Shown here one piece after another: positions 10,186-19,770 of a stretch of DNA of 64,000 bases. This DNA comes from an uncultured Acidobacteriota bacterium (lineage in GTDB: Bacteria > Acidobacteriota > Vicinamibacteria > Vicinamibacterales > UBA2999). The first letter of the stretch is position 1. Every line of letters starts with the position of its first letter. The notes under the pieces were generated by a model. It was given only the letters and a program-made list of their open reading frames with translations. It was not told the DNA's origin and searched no databases. A program made the position numbers and the translations under genes. The DNA lies in NCBI GenBank assembly GCA_963784065.1, contig CAWAQA010000004.1, forward strand, positions 341,087 to 405,086, in the 5' to 3' direction.

Positions 10186-11427
10186 TCAGGGCTTCAGCGA
10201 GCCGGTCGAACGGGCAGGCGGGAATGTCGGTGCTGGCGGTTCGGCCGTGGACGTCGAAGCTTGGGGCCGGCGAATAGGCGATTGCTCGCGCGGCACGGGT
10301 CGTCCGAGAGGCGTCGTGAACGGCACCAGCGGCTGATCGCGGAGCAGCATCGCGACGGGATACAGGCCCGCCACACGCCCGTCGCGCAGCACGACGGCGG
10401 CGGCGACGCGATATGGCTTCAGCACCGGGTCGATGAGCGGCGGTCCCTGCAAATCGCCGGGCGCGAGGTAGGTGCCGGCCGGCAGGCCGCTGTGCGCCGC
10501 GAACGCCGTGAGCGTATTCGAGATCCCGGTCACGACGGCGACGCCGTTGAACGCGAGCGGCGGCGGCACCGGCCGTGAACCCGTGTCCTTCCTCCAGCGC
10601 TGGTTGCCGTTTCCGCGGTTGACCGCGCGGATGATGTTGTCGAGCGACGTGATGAACACCAGGTCGTCGTCGGTCGAGGCGCCGATCACGTCGCCGCCCG
10701 AACGCCACTTCCAGGCGAGCGCGCCGGTATCGGCACGGAGCGCGTAGAAGAAGTTGTCGGTCGAGCCGACGAACACGCGTTCCTCGGCCCACGACGGTTC
10801 GCTCAACATGCCGGGAAGTTGCTGCTCCCATCGTGTTGAGCCGTCCGGCAGGTTGAGCGACACGACCCGGCCGTTGGCGAGGGTGAAATAGATCGCGTCG
10901 TCCTCGCCGGCGACTGCGGGCGACCGTGGCGGCGCGCCGAGCGATCGGTTCCAGAGGCGTTGCCCGTCGGCGGCGCGAAACGCCACGACCTCCCCAGGCT
11001 CGCTCACCGCGAACAGCCATCCCGTGTCGAAGACGAGCGGAACGGCCAACGTCCCCGGCAGCGGCACCCGCCAGATCGACGTGCCGGTCGCGGCGTCGAG
11101 GGCATGCAGTTCGTCGCTTGCCGCGAGATAGACGACACCGTCGTGAACGACTGGCGGCCACTCGCTCTCGATGCCGCGGACCCAGAGGACCTGGCCGGTC
11201 TGGCGGTCGAGCGCCGTCAATTCCTCGCTCTGCAGCGGGACATAGACGCGCTGATCGTCCATCGCGCCACCCGCCGAGGTCGGTGAGGCGAGGACGACGA
11301 GCCACGCTTGTTCGGCTGGAAGGATCGGCAGCGGATCAGTGGGATTTGGTTGTTGGCCCGAAGCTATGTCTAGCGTCAGAAGGAGGGCCAGGACGCTACA
11401 TATCGTGGCCCGCAGCGTGAACACCAC
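10186..11427 (-). CDS. PQQ-like beta-propeller repeat protein (BamB-like), secreted
   Basis: Intact 413-aa ORF with a signal peptide. It has repeated G-x-x-x-W blades: TGQVLWV, TGTSIWR, DGQRLWN, DGSTRWE, TGALAWKW, GNQRWR. Confidence 0.75.
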   Translation of the reverse strand: MVFTLRATICSVLALLLTLDIASGQQPNPTDPLPILPAEQAWLVVLASPTSAGGAMDDQRVYVPLQSEELTALDRQTGQVLWVRGIESEWPPVVHDGVVYLAASDELHALDAATGTSIWRVPLPGTLAVPLVFDTGWLFAVSEPGEVVAFRAADGQRLWNRSLGAPPRSPAVAGEDDAIYFTLANGRVVSLNLPDGSTRWEQQLPGMLSEPSWAEERVFVGSTDNFFYALRADTGALAWKWRSGGDVIGASTDDDLVFITSLDNIIRAVNRGNGNQRWRKDTGSRPVPPPLAFNGVAVVTGISNTLTAFAAHSGLPAGTYLAPGDLQGPPLIDPVLKPYRVAAAVVLRDGRVAGLYPVAMLLRDQPLVPFTTPLGRPVPREQSPIRRPQASTSTAEPPAPTFPPARSTGSLKP

Positions 11428-11453
11428 AGTATAATAGCGCGTCCTTACGGCCT

Positions 11454-11502
11454 CCTGAGCCTTGTTCCTGAGCCCTGATGCCTGATCCCCGGGCCCTTTG
11501 AT
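11454..11502 (+). repeat. degenerate heptanucleotide array (CTGAGCC-type), 7 units, running into the guaA start
   Basis: Reads cctgagc cttgttc ctgagcc ctgatgc ctgatcc ccgggcc ctttgat when cut every 7 nt. Confidence 0.7.
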
Positions 11503-13051
11503 TGTGGCGCATCAAACCATACTCGTCCTGGATTTCGGCTCGCAGTACACCCAGTTGATTGCCCGGCGTCTGCGCGAGCTGTCGGTCTACTCCGAAATCG
11601 TTCCGTTCAACACACCGCTCAGCGCCCTCCGGGCGAAGAACGCGGTCGGCATCATCCTGTCAGGCGGACCGAAGAGCGTTTCCGAAGCCGGCGCGCCCCG
11701 CTGCGACACGGGCCTGTTCGAGCTCGGCGTGCCCGTCCTCGGCATCTGCTACGGCATGCAGCTGATGACCGACGTGTTGGGCGGTGAGGTCCGGCGGTCG
11801 GGTCACCGGGAGTTCGGCCACGCCCTCGTAAAGGTCAGCCGCAACGGCGACGCGCCGCAGCTGTTTCGCGAGATCCCCGCCGAGCTCCGCGTGTGGGCGA
11901 GCCACGGCGACGACGTGGCGGCCGTGCCGCCTGGATTCGCCGTCGCCGCCACCAGTGCCACGGCGCCGATCGCCGCGATGGAAGCGCCCGACCGCTCGCT
12001 CTACGCGCTGCTGTTCCACCCCGAAGTGGCACACACCGATCATGGCCTCGAGATCCTGAAGAACTTCGCGTTCCACGTGTGCGGTTGCACGGGAGACTGG
12101 ACGATTGCCTCGTTCATCGAAGAAGCCACCGAAGGGATCCGGGCACGGGTGGGCAGCGGCAGGGCCGTGTGCGGGCTGTCGGGCGGAGTGGACTCCACCG
12201 TCGCGGCCATGCTCATTCACCGTGCGATTGGCGATCGTCTGACCTGCATCTTCGTGGACAACGGGCTGCTGCGTCACGAGGAAGCCAGCCAGATCAGGAA
12301 GCGATTCGCGGGGAAGCTGCACCTGCCGCTCGACTTCGTGGACGCCAGCCACCTCTTTCTCGAGCGGCTGGCGGGTGTCACCGATCCCGAGCAGAAGCGG
12401 AAGATCATCGGCGCGACGTTCATCGACGTCTTCGAGACGCGCGCGAAGGAGCTGGGCGGGTTCGACTTCCTCGGGCAGGGCACCCTCTATCCCGATGTGA
12501 TCGAATCGGCCGGCGTCCACGGCCCGGCCGTCGTCATCAAGAGTCATCACAACGTCGGCGGGCTGCCGGAGCGGATGAATTTCAGGCTGGTGGAGCCGCT
12601 GCGCGATCTCTTCAAGGACGAAGTGCGGCGCGTCGGGCGCGACCTCGGGCTCGACAAGGAGTTCGTGGTGCGGCAGCCTTTCCCTGGCCCCGGGCTCGCC
12701 GTGCGGATCCTCGGCGAGCTCACGAAGGAGCGCCTCGAGCTGTTGCGGCTGGCGGACAGGATCGTGGCGGAGGAGATCCGCAAGGCAGGGTGGTACGAGC
12801 GGCTCTGGCAGAGCTTCGCGGTGCTGCTGCCGGTCCAGAGCGTGGGCGTGATGGGCGACGCGCGGACCTACGAGTACACGGCCGCGATCCGGGCGGTGGA
12901 GAGCCTCGACGGCATGACGGCCGACTGGGCGCGCCTGCCGCACGAGCTGCTGGCCACCATGTCGTCGCGCATCGTCAATGAGGTGCGCGGGATTAACCGC
13001 GTGGTGTACGACATCTCGTCGAAGCCGCCGTCGACGATCGAGTGGGAATAG
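11498..13051 (+). CDS. guaA: glutamine-hydrolysing GMP synthase
   Basis: Intact 517-aa ORF. GATase part [17 protein letters not shown] and GICYGMQ. ATP-PPase motif [11 protein letters not shown]-terminal end KPPSTIEWE. The start is TTG 11498 or GTG 11504. Confidence 0.95.
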   Translation: MIVAHQTILVLDFGSQYTQLIARRLRELSVYSEIVPFNTPLSALRAKNAVGIILSGGPKSVSEAGAPRCDTGLFELGVPVLGICYGMQLMTDVLGGEVRRSGHREFGHALVKVSRNGDAPQLFREIPAELRVWASHGDDVAAVPPGFAVAATSATAPIAAMEAPDRSLYALLFHPEVAHTDHGLEILKNFAFHVCGCTGDWTIASFIEEATEGIRARVGSGRAVCGLSGGVDSTVAAMLIHRAIGDRLTCIFVDNGLLRHEEASQIRKRFAGKLHLPLDFVDASHLFLERLAGVTDPEQKRKIIGATFIDVFETRAKELGGFDFLGQGTLYPDVIESAGVHGPAVVIKSHHNVGGLPERMNFRLVEPLRDLFKDEVRRVGRDLGLDKEFVVRQPFPGPGLAVRILGELTKERLELLRLADRIVAEEIRKAGWYERLWQSFAVLLPVQSVGVMGDARTYEYTAAIRAVESLDGMTADWARLPHELLATMSSRIVNEVRGINRVVYDISSKPPSTIEWE

Positions 13052-13054
13052 CAA

Positions 13055-13217
13055 TCATTGTTGATTGATGATCTGTGATTGATGATTCTGTGTTGAACGC
13101 GGATTGTCGAATGTTGATTGATATGCGGCGGAGCACGCCATTGCCACTCTCAGACAATCAGCAATCGAGAATCGCCAATCAACAACCAATCATCAATCAT
13201 CAGTCGGCAATCAGGAA
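13055..13217 (+). repeat. inverted pair of heptanucleotide arrays: about 10 units of TGATTGA-type, a 30-nt GC-rich core, then about 9 units of TCAATCA-type ending at the dnaE ATG
   Basis: Left array 13055-13124: tcattgt tgattga tgatctg tgattga tgattct gtgttga acgcgga ttgtcga atgttga ttgatat. Right array 13155-13217: caatcag caatcga gaatcgc caatcaa caaccaa tcatcaa tcatcag tcggcaa tcaggaa. The right word is the reverse complement of the left word. Confidence 0.8.
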
Positions 13218-16200
13218 TGTCTGAGTTCGTCCACCTCCACCTCCACACCGAGTTCTCGCTCCTCGACGGCGCCTGCCGGATCGACGAACTGCTCGACGAG
13301 GCGGTGAAGCTGAAGATGCCGGCGCTCGCGGTGACCGAGCATGGCAACATGTTCTCGTCGGTCGTGTTCCACGATCATGCGCGCGCGCGCGGACTCAAGC
13401 CGATCCTGGGGTGCGAGGTCTACGTCGCGCCAGGCGACCGGTTCGACAAGAGCGGGCCGCAGACCGAGACCAATCACCTCGTGCTGCTCGCGGAGACCGA
13501 CGAAGGCTACAAGAACCTGATCAAGCTGGTGTCCGCCGGCTACACCGAGGGGTTCTACTACCGGCCGCGGATCGACAAGGCGCTGCTCGAGCGGCATGCG
13601 AAGGGCCTCATCGGCCTGAGCAGCTGCCTCAAGGGTGAGGTCGCCAGCGCGCTCAGGATCGAGCAGGCGCGCCCGGCGCTCGAGGCGGCGGCACGGCTGC
13701 GGGACATCCTCGGCCAGGACAACTTCTTTCTCGAGATGCAGTATCAGGGCATCGAGGAGCAGCGGATCGTCAACAAGGGCCTGCTGCCGATCGCCAGTGA
13801 CCTCAACCTGCCGATCGTCGCGACCAACGACGTGCACTATCTGCGGCAGGGCGACCACCAGCCGCACGACATCCTGCTCTGCATCGGCACCGGCAAGACG
13901 GTCAACGACGCCCAGCGCCTCCGCTACACCGGCGACCAGTTTTTCCTCAAGACCGCCGCGCAGATGGCGGAGGTGTTCAAGGACCACCTCGACGCGCTGA
14001 AGAACACACTGGTCGTCGCCGAGCGCTGCAACGTCACGATCCCGACGGGGGCGAACCACCTGCCGTCCTTTGGCGTGCCCGAGGGCTATACGCTCGATCA
14101 GTACTTCGAGCACGTGGTGCGTGAAGGGTTCACCCAGCGGCTGACGCGCCTCCGGCAACTCGCCGCGACGGGCCACCTCCGCCACAGCGTCGACGAGTAC
14201 GAGCGTCGTCTCGAGTACGAGATCGAGATGATCAAGAAGATGGGGTACGTCGGGTACTTCCTCATCGTCTGGGACTTCATCCGCTACGCGCGCGAAGAAG
14301 GCATCCCCGTGGGCCCGGGCCGCGGCTCGGCGGCCGGGTCGCTGGTGGCGTGGTGCATGCGCATCACGGACGTGGATCCGATTGACTTCGGCCTCATCTT
14401 CGAGCGCTTTCTCAACCCCGAGCGCGTGTCGCTGCCCGACATCGATGTCGATTTCTGCGAACGCCGCCGCGGCGAGGTGATCGACTACGTCACGCGGAAA
14501 TACGGCCGCGAGAACGTCGCCCAGATCATCACGTTCGGCACGATGAAGGCGAAGGCGGTGGTGCGTGACGTCGGTCGCGCCCTCGACATGCCCTACGCCG
14601 ACGTCAACAACATCGCGAAGCAGATCCCGCCCGCGCTCGACATGACGCTGGACAAGGCGCTGGCGGAGAATCCGATCCTCAAGGACATGGCGGCGAAGGA
14701 CCCCCGGGTCAAGGAGGTGCTCGACATCGGGCGCCGTCTCGAAGGGATGTCACGCCACGCGTCGGTACACGCGGCCGGCGTGGTCATCGCGCCCGGACCG
14801 ATCACCGACTACGCGCCGCTCTACAAGGGGCAGCGCGACGAAATCACGACGCAGTGGAACATGAAGGAGGTGGAGCGCGTCGGCCTCCTGAAGATGGACT
14901 TCCTGGGGCTGAGCACGCTCACGCTCATCCAGGACTGTCTCGCCGAGATCAAGCGCACCGAGGGCGTCGAGCTCGACATCGACACGGTGCCGCTCGACGA
15001 TCCGAAGACCTACAAGGTGTTCGGCGACGGAGCGGCCTATGGCATCTTCCAGTTCGAGAGCTCCGGCATGCGCGAGCTGCTGCGGAAGGCGAAGCCGGAG
15101 CGGCTCGACGACCTGATCGCGCTCAACGCCCTGTACCGGCCGGGACCGCTCAAGTCGGGCATGGTGGACGACTTCATCGCGCGCAAGCAGGGCCTCAAGG
15201 AGATCAAGTACGAGCTCCCGCAGCTCGAGCCGATCCTGTCCGACACCTACGGGGTCATCGCGTATCAGGAGCAGGTCATGCGCATCGCGCAGTCGCTGGC
15301 CGGCTTCAGCCTCGGGCAGGCGGACGTGCTGCGCAAGGCCATGGGCAAGAAGGATCCCAAGGTCATGGCCATGCAGCGCGAGGCGTTCATGGCGGGCGCC
15401 AGGACGCTCAACGTCAACGAGAAGAAGGCGACCAAGATTTTCGACCTGATGGAGTACTTCGCCGGCTACGGCTTCAACAAGTCGCATTCCACGGCGTATG
15501 CCTTCCTCGCGTACCAGACCGCCTACCTCAAGGCGAACTATCCATGGCACTTCGCGGCGGCGCTGCTGACCATCGAGGCGCAGAACACGGACAAGCTGGC
15601 GATGTACCTGGCCGAATGCCGGGACCGCGGCATTCCGGTGCTGGCGCCCGATGTCAACGAGAGCCAGCTCAATTTCTCGGTGGAGCCCGGGCGCGGGGTG
15701 CGCTTCGGGCTGACGGCGATCAAGGGCCTCGGCGAAGGGGCGATCCGGTCGATTCTCGACGCCCGAACGCGGCTTGGCGGGCGCATCGCGTCGCTGCACG
15801 CGCTCTGCGAGATTCTCGACATGCGCCTGGCGAACAAGCGCGTGTTCGAAGCGCTCGTGAAGGCCGGCGCCTGCGATTCGCTGGCGCACGGCGCGGCCGA
15901 CATCGCCGCGCTGATGTCGACGCGGGCGCGGCTGTTCGCCGCGATCGAAGGCGCGTGCGAGCAGGGGGCCCGCACGCAGCGCGACAAGGAGCTGGGTCAG
16001 ACGGATCTGTTCGGCGGGAGCGACGAGCATGCGCCAGCCTCGGTCCAGCTGCCCGGCGTCCCGGCCTGGACCGAGGTCGAGCTGCTCAACTACGAACGCG
16101 ACACGCTCGGCCTGTTCCTCACCGGCCACCCGATCGATCGATGGGCCGATGATCTTCGCGAGTACGGCGCCAGGTCGATCGCCGACCTCGGCCTCAAGAA

Positions 16201-16789
16201 GGAGCCCGAGGCGGCCGCCGACGCGCCGGCCGATGAGGAGGCTGCAGCGGCCGGGTTCGCCCGGCCCGAAGCCGGTAACGGCCGCGTTGCCGACGACATC
16301 AGCATCGGCGGGATCGTCTCCGGCCTGCGGCCGCTGAAGACACGCAAGGGCGATCGCATGTGCGTCTTCATGCTCGACGACAAGGACGGTGGCCTCGAGG
16401 TCATCGTCTTTCCGGAGGCGTTCAAGCAGTACGGCCACCTCGGCGAGAACGGCAACGTCGTTGTCGTCAAGGGAAAGTTCGAGAAGGACGAGGAGTCGGC
16501 GCGCCTCATCGCGTCCGAGATCATGCCGATCGAGCTCGTGCGCGAAAAGCTGGCGAAGTCAGTGGCAATCCGGTTGACGACGCCGCCGCACGACCGCGCG
16601 ACGTTCGAGCGGCTCTGGGACCTGTTCGCGCAGCACAAGGGCGACCGCCGCGTGGCGTTCGTCATCGAGGAACGCGATCGGAAGGTCCGCGTCACGGCCG
16701 ACGTGAGCGGGATTCGCGTGCGTCCCTCGGAACGGCTCGTCTCGGAGGTCGAAAAAATCTGTGGTGCCGGTTCGGTGAGCCTGAGATGA
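13217..16789 (+). CDS. dnaE: DNA polymerase III subunit alpha
   Basis: The PHP N-terminus MSEFVHLHLHTEFSLLDGA starts at ATG 13217. The 33 upstream codons of ORF 13118 merely translate the heptad array. The sequence is conserved throughout (GRGSAAGSLVAWC, PDIDVDF, YGIFQFES, LYRPGP, FNKSHS). No frame break in 3.6 kb. Confidence 0.95.
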   Translation: MSEFVHLHLHTEFSLLDGACRIDELLDEAVKLKMPALAVTEHGNMFSSVVFHDHARARGLKPILGCEVYVAPGDRFDKSGPQTETNHLVLLAETDEGYKNLIKLVSAGYTEGFYYRPRIDKALLERHAKGLIGLSSCLKGEVASALRIEQARPALEAAARLRDILGQDNFFLEMQYQGIEEQRIVNKGLLPIASDLNLPIVATNDVHYLRQGDHQPHDILLCIGTGKTVNDAQRLRYTGDQFFLKTAAQMAEVFKDHLDALKNTLVVAERCNVTIPTGANHLPSFGVPEGYTLDQYFEHVVREGFTQRLTRLRQLAATGHLRHSVDEYERRLEYEIEMIKKMGYVGYFLIVWDFIRYAREEGIPVGPGRGSAAGSLVAWCMRITDVDPIDFGLIFERFLNPERVSLPDIDVDFCERRRGEVIDYVTRKYGRENVAQIITFGTMKAKAVVRDVGRALDMPYADVNNIAKQIPPALDMTLDKALAENPILKDMAAKDPRVKEVLDIGRRLEGMSRHASVHAAGVVIAPGPITDYAPLYKGQRDEITTQWNMKEVERVGLLKMDFLGLSTLTLIQDCLAEIKRTEGVELDIDTVPLDDPKTYKVFGDGAAYGIFQFESSGMRELLRKAKPERLDDLIALNALYRPGPLKSGMVDDFIARKQGLKEIKYELPQLEPILSDTYGVIAYQEQVMRIAQSLAGFSLGQADVLRKAMGKKDPKVMAMQREAFMAGARTLNVNEKKATKIFDLMEYFAGYGFNKSHSTAYAFLAYQTAYLKANYPWHFAAALLTIEAQNTDKLAMYLAECRDRGIPVLAPDVNESQLNFSVEPGRGVRFGLTAIKGLGEGAIRSILDARTRLGGRIASLHALCEILDMRLANKRVFEALVKAGACDSLAHGAADIAALMSTRARLFAAIEGACEQGARTQRDKELGQTDLFGGSDEHAPASVQLPGVPAWTEVELLNYERDTLGLFLTGHPIDRWADDLREYGARSIADLGLKKEPEAAADAPADEEAAAAGFARPEAGNGRVADDISIGGIVSGLRPLKTRKGDRMCVFMLDDKDGGLEVIVFPEAFKQYGHLGENGNVVVVKGKFEKDEESARLIASEIMPIELVREKLAKSVAIRLTTPPHDRATFERLWDLFAQHKGDRRVAFVIEERDRKVRVTADVSGIRVRPSERLVSEVEKICGAGSVSLR

Positions 16790-16797
16790 CCGGCTTC

Positions 16798-16909
16798 AAC
16801 TCCGATATGTTCCGGCGCCGACATCCAGCTTCCAGAGAGGTGGCGCCGGGACGGGAGTTGGAGCACGCATCAGATTGGAGTTGGGCGTTGAGTGTGACCT
16901 ACCCTGTCC
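16798..16909 (+). repeat. dnaE-accA spacer: imperfect hairpin (caactcc..ccggcgcc / ggcgccgg..ggagttg) plus heptad words running into the accA ATG
   Basis: ccggcgcc (16812-16819) pairs with ggcgccgg (16842-16849). caactcc (16798-16804) pairs with ggagttg (16854-16860). Cut every 7 nt back from ATG 16910, the sequence reads ggagttg gagcacg catcaga ttggagt tgggcgt tgagtgt gacctac cctgtcc. Confidence 0.55.
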
Positions 16910-17875
16910 ATGCCTGCTGACACACTGGAATTCGAAGAGCCGGTAGCGGTCCTGCTGAAGGAGATCGAGGCGCTCTCGATGCTCCCGCAGACACCCGAGC
17001 GCCAGCGATCGATTGAGAGCCTGCGTCGCCGCGTCGAGGAGGTCCGGGCGGATATCTACTCACGGTTGACGCCGTGGCAGCGCGTTCTGGTGGCACGGCA
17101 CAGCAACCGGCCGACGGTGCTGGACTACGTGAACCGCCTGTTCACGGAGTTCACCGAGCTCAGCGGGGACCGCCGGTTCGCGGACGACCACGCGATCGTC
17201 ACCGGGTTCGCGCGATACAAGGACGAGCCCGTGCTGGTGGTGGGCCACCACAAGGGGAGCGGCGGGGACACGAAGGATCGCGTCTACCGGAACTTCGGCT
17301 ACGCGAAGCCGGAAGGCTACCGGAAGGCGTTGCGCGCGATGAAGCTGGCGGAAAAGTTCCAGCGGCCGGTGATCGCGTTCATCGACACGCCGGCGGCGTA
17401 CCCGGGGGTGGAGTCGGAGGAGCGCGGGATCTCGGAAGCCATCGCGCTCAATCTGCGCGAGATGGCGGCGCTCGATACGCCGATCATCGTGCTGGTCCAC
17501 GGCGAGGGCGGCAGCGGCGGCGCGCTCGGCATCGCGGTGGGGGACCGGATCCTGATGCACGAGTTCGCGATCTACAGCGTGATTCCGCCGGAAGGCTGCG
17601 CGGCGATCCTGTGGCGCGACTCGAACCGGAAGGTCGAGGCGGCCGACGCGTTGAAGCTGACGGCGCCCGACCTGCTCGGGTTCGGTGTCATCGACGAGAT
17701 CGTGCGGGAGCCGACAGGCGGGGCACACACCGACCATGAGCTCGCGGCGTCGCTGCTCGATTCCGCGCTCGAACGGTCCCTCAATGCCGTGTCGGCGATG
17801 GATTCGCAAACCCGGCTCGATGCGCGCTACGACAAGTTCCGCGCCATGGGCAACGTCGGAATAACCGAAGCATGA
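16910..17875 (+). CDS. accA: acetyl-CoA carboxylase carboxyltransferase subunit alpha
   Basis: Intact 321-aa ORF with the typical AccA sequence: RPTVLDYV, FIDTPAAYPGVESEERG, VHGEGGSGGALGIAVGD, YSVIPPEGCAAILWRD. Confidence 0.95.
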   Translation: MPADTLEFEEPVAVLLKEIEALSMLPQTPERQRSIESLRRRVEEVRADIYSRLTPWQRVLVARHSNRPTVLDYVNRLFTEFTELSGDRRFADDHAIVTGFARYKDEPVLVVGHHKGSGGDTKDRVYRNFGYAKPEGYRKALRAMKLAEKFQRPVIAFIDTPAAYPGVESEERGISEAIALNLREMAALDTPIIVLVHGEGGSGGALGIAVGDRILMHEFAIYSVIPPEGCAAILWRDSNRKVEAADALKLTAPDLLGFGVIDEIVREPTGGAHTDHELAASLLDSALERSLNAVSAMDSQTRLDARYDKFRAMGNVGITEA

Positions 17876-19599
17876 AGGCGCCATTGATCTGGGCGGAGAA
17901 GCCATGTGACGACCACGCGGTGGCGCGGCTCGCGGCCGAGCTGCAGGTGTCGCCCGTCACGGCGCGTCTCCTGTGCATCCGCGGACTCGGCGACATCGAT
18001 CAGGCGCGGCGGTTCCTTGCGCCATCGCTCGACGACCTGCACGATCCGTTCGGCCTGGCCGACATGTCCGTGGCGGTGGATCGCATCCTCGGCGCGATCG
18101 CGCGCAAGGAGCGCATCGCCATCCACGGCGACTACGACGTGGACGGCGTCACCTCCACCGTGATCCTGCGCCGCGCTCTCGAGCTGCTCGGCGCCGACGT
18201 CATCCACTTCCTTCCCGAGCGCTTCCGCGACGGTTACGGGCTTCAGCCGGCCGCACTCGACCGGCTGCACGCCGACGGTGTGCTCCTCGTCATCTCAGTG
18301 GACTGCGGGATCCGCGCCGCCGACGCGGCGCTGCGGGCGCGCGCGCTTGGCCTCGACCTGATCATCACGGATCACCACGAGCCTGATACGGAGCTGCCGA
18401 AGGCGCTGGCGGTGATCAACCCGAAGCGTCACGACTGCACGTACGCCGACAAGAACCTCGCCGGTGTTGGCGTCGCCCTGAAGCTCGTGCAGGCGCTGTG
18501 CATGAAGACGGGCCGCACCGGCTGGATTCCCGCGTTCGTCAAGATCGCGGCGATCGGCACGCTGGCCGACGTGGTGCCCCTCCGGGGCGAGAACCGCGTC
18601 ATCGCCAAGCTTGGCCTGGGGATGCTTTCCGCCGGGCCGCACAAGGTCGGCGTCCGATCACTGCTCGACGCCTGTGGACTCACAGGCAGGGAGATTGACA
18701 GCTATCACATCGGCTTCGTGGTGGCGCCACGGATCAACGCCGCCGGACGCATGAGCACGCCGGACATCGCCGCGCGTCTGCTGCTGGCGTCGGACGAAGG
18801 GATGGCCGCCGAAGCGCGCGAGCTTGCCGGGCAGCTCAACGCCGAGAACATCCGGCGCCAGCAGGAAGAGGCCGAGATTGTCACGCAGGCGAAGACGGCC
18901 GTCGAGACAGACCTCGAGATCGGCTCCCGCACCGTCATCGTGGTCGCCGGCGAGGGATGGCACCGCGGCGTGATTGGCATCGTGGCCTCCAAGCTGGTCG
19001 ACGCATTCCACCGGCCGGCGATCGTGCTGTCGGTGGACGGTGACGTCGCGCACGGATCGTGCCGAAGCATCCCTTCGTTCAACATGCTCGGCGCCCTCGA
19101 GTCGTGCGGCGAGTTGATGACGAAGTTCGGCGGCCACAAGCAGGCCGCGGGCCTCACGATTGCCGCGTCGCGAATCCGGGATCTGCGCGCCGGGGTCAAC
19201 GCCTACGCGGATGCGTGTCTCGGCCCCGACGACCTGCGCCCGCGCCTGTGGATCGACGGCGCGCTGGCATTCCGATCCATCAGCGCGCAGGTCGCGTCGG
19301 AACTGGTCTCGCTGGCCCCGTTCGGAGCGGGCAATCCCAGCCCGATGTTTGGTACGAGTGGCGTGGAGATCGTGGATGGGCCACGCCTGATCAAGGACCG
19401 TCATCTCAAGATGGCGTTCAAGCAGGACGGCCGGATCCTGCGCGGCATCGCCTGGCGCGCCTCGGAACGCGAAGGGTTCGTCACCGAGCACCGCGCCGCC
19501 ATCGACCTCGCCTTTTCGCTCGAGCAGGACACCTGGAACGGGGAACGGTACCTGCAGCTCTCGGTGGCGGACTTCAGGGCGCCAACATCTTCCGGCTGA
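17872..19599 (+). CDS. recJ: single-stranded-DNA-specific exonuclease RecJ
   Basis: Intact 575-aa ORF with DHH motifs: IAIHGDYDVDGVTS, VDCGI, LIITDHHEP, and the DHHA1-like GGHKQAAG. The start overlaps the accA stop by 4 nt. Confidence 0.9.
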   Translation: MKAPLIWAEKPCDDHAVARLAAELQVSPVTARLLCIRGLGDIDQARRFLAPSLDDLHDPFGLADMSVAVDRILGAIARKERIAIHGDYDVDGVTSTVILRRALELLGADVIHFLPERFRDGYGLQPAALDRLHADGVLLVISVDCGIRAADAALRARALGLDLIITDHHEPDTELPKALAVINPKRHDCTYADKNLAGVGVALKLVQALCMKTGRTGWIPAFVKIAAIGTLADVVPLRGENRVIAKLGLGMLSAGPHKVGVRSLLDACGLTGREIDSYHIGFVVAPRINAAGRMSTPDIAARLLLASDEGMAAEARELAGQLNAENIRRQQEEAEIVTQAKTAVETDLEIGSRTVIVVAGEGWHRGVIGIVASKLVDAFHRPAIVLSVDGDVAHGSCRSIPSFNMLGALESCGELMTKFGGHKQAAGLTIAASRIRDLRAGVNAYADACLGPDDLRPRLWIDGALAFRSISAQVASELVSLAPFGAGNPSPMFGTSGVEIVDGPRLIKDRHLKMAFKQDGRILRGIAWRASEREGFVTEHRAAIDLAFSLEQDTWNGERYLQLSVADFRAPTSSG

Positions 19600-19663
19600 A
19601 GCAGCGACCCGCACCTCCGGTCGATGGTCCTCGATTGAGGTTCTTCAACCGAATGCACCTGTC

Positions 19664-19770
19664 GCAGGGGCCGGCTTCAGCACGGAACAGAGCTCTCGTA
19701 GGGGCCGGCTTCAGCCGGCCCTTGGCGCAACCGATCGAGACGCAGGTCGGGCGCTAAAGCCGGCCCTCCG
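19664..19770. repeat. cluster of three REP-like hairpin units (GGGCCGGC-TTCA-GCCGGCCC type)
   Basis: 19698-19721 is gtag gggccggc ttca gccggccc, a perfect 8-bp stem with a GTAG head. 19664-19685 is a degenerate forward copy (gcag gggccggc ttca gcacgg). 19747-19770 is a degenerate inverted copy (reverse complement ggagggccggc ttta gcgcccg). Confidence 0.7.

Noticed and set aside
13118-13216. N-terminal extensions offered by the ORF track for dnaE (13118), parA (39626), hprK (25283) and rapZ (26317).
   Set aside because: The extra codons translate repeat or promoter sequence (for example NRESPINNQSSIISRQS). The conserved protein N-termini start at internal ATGs. For parA, a good promoter lies inside the supposed extension.
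13055-13217. The heptad arrays and hairpin clusters considered as a possible CRISPR array.
   Set aside because: The repeat units are 7 nt (or about 25-nt hairpins) with no unique spacers of 25-40 nt. No cas genes are present.
14750-16438. A 562-aa ORF antisense to dnaE. Similar long ORFs occur at 2671..3813(-), 4131..5975(+), 9106..10179(+), 13211..14185(-), 26341..27372(-), 28859..29911(-), 50219..51898(-) and 59496..61043(+).
   Set aside because: They lie opposite genes with clear homology. They have Arg/Gly/Pro/Ala-dominated low-complexity translations and lack any motif. Stop-poor antisense frames are expected at this GC content.
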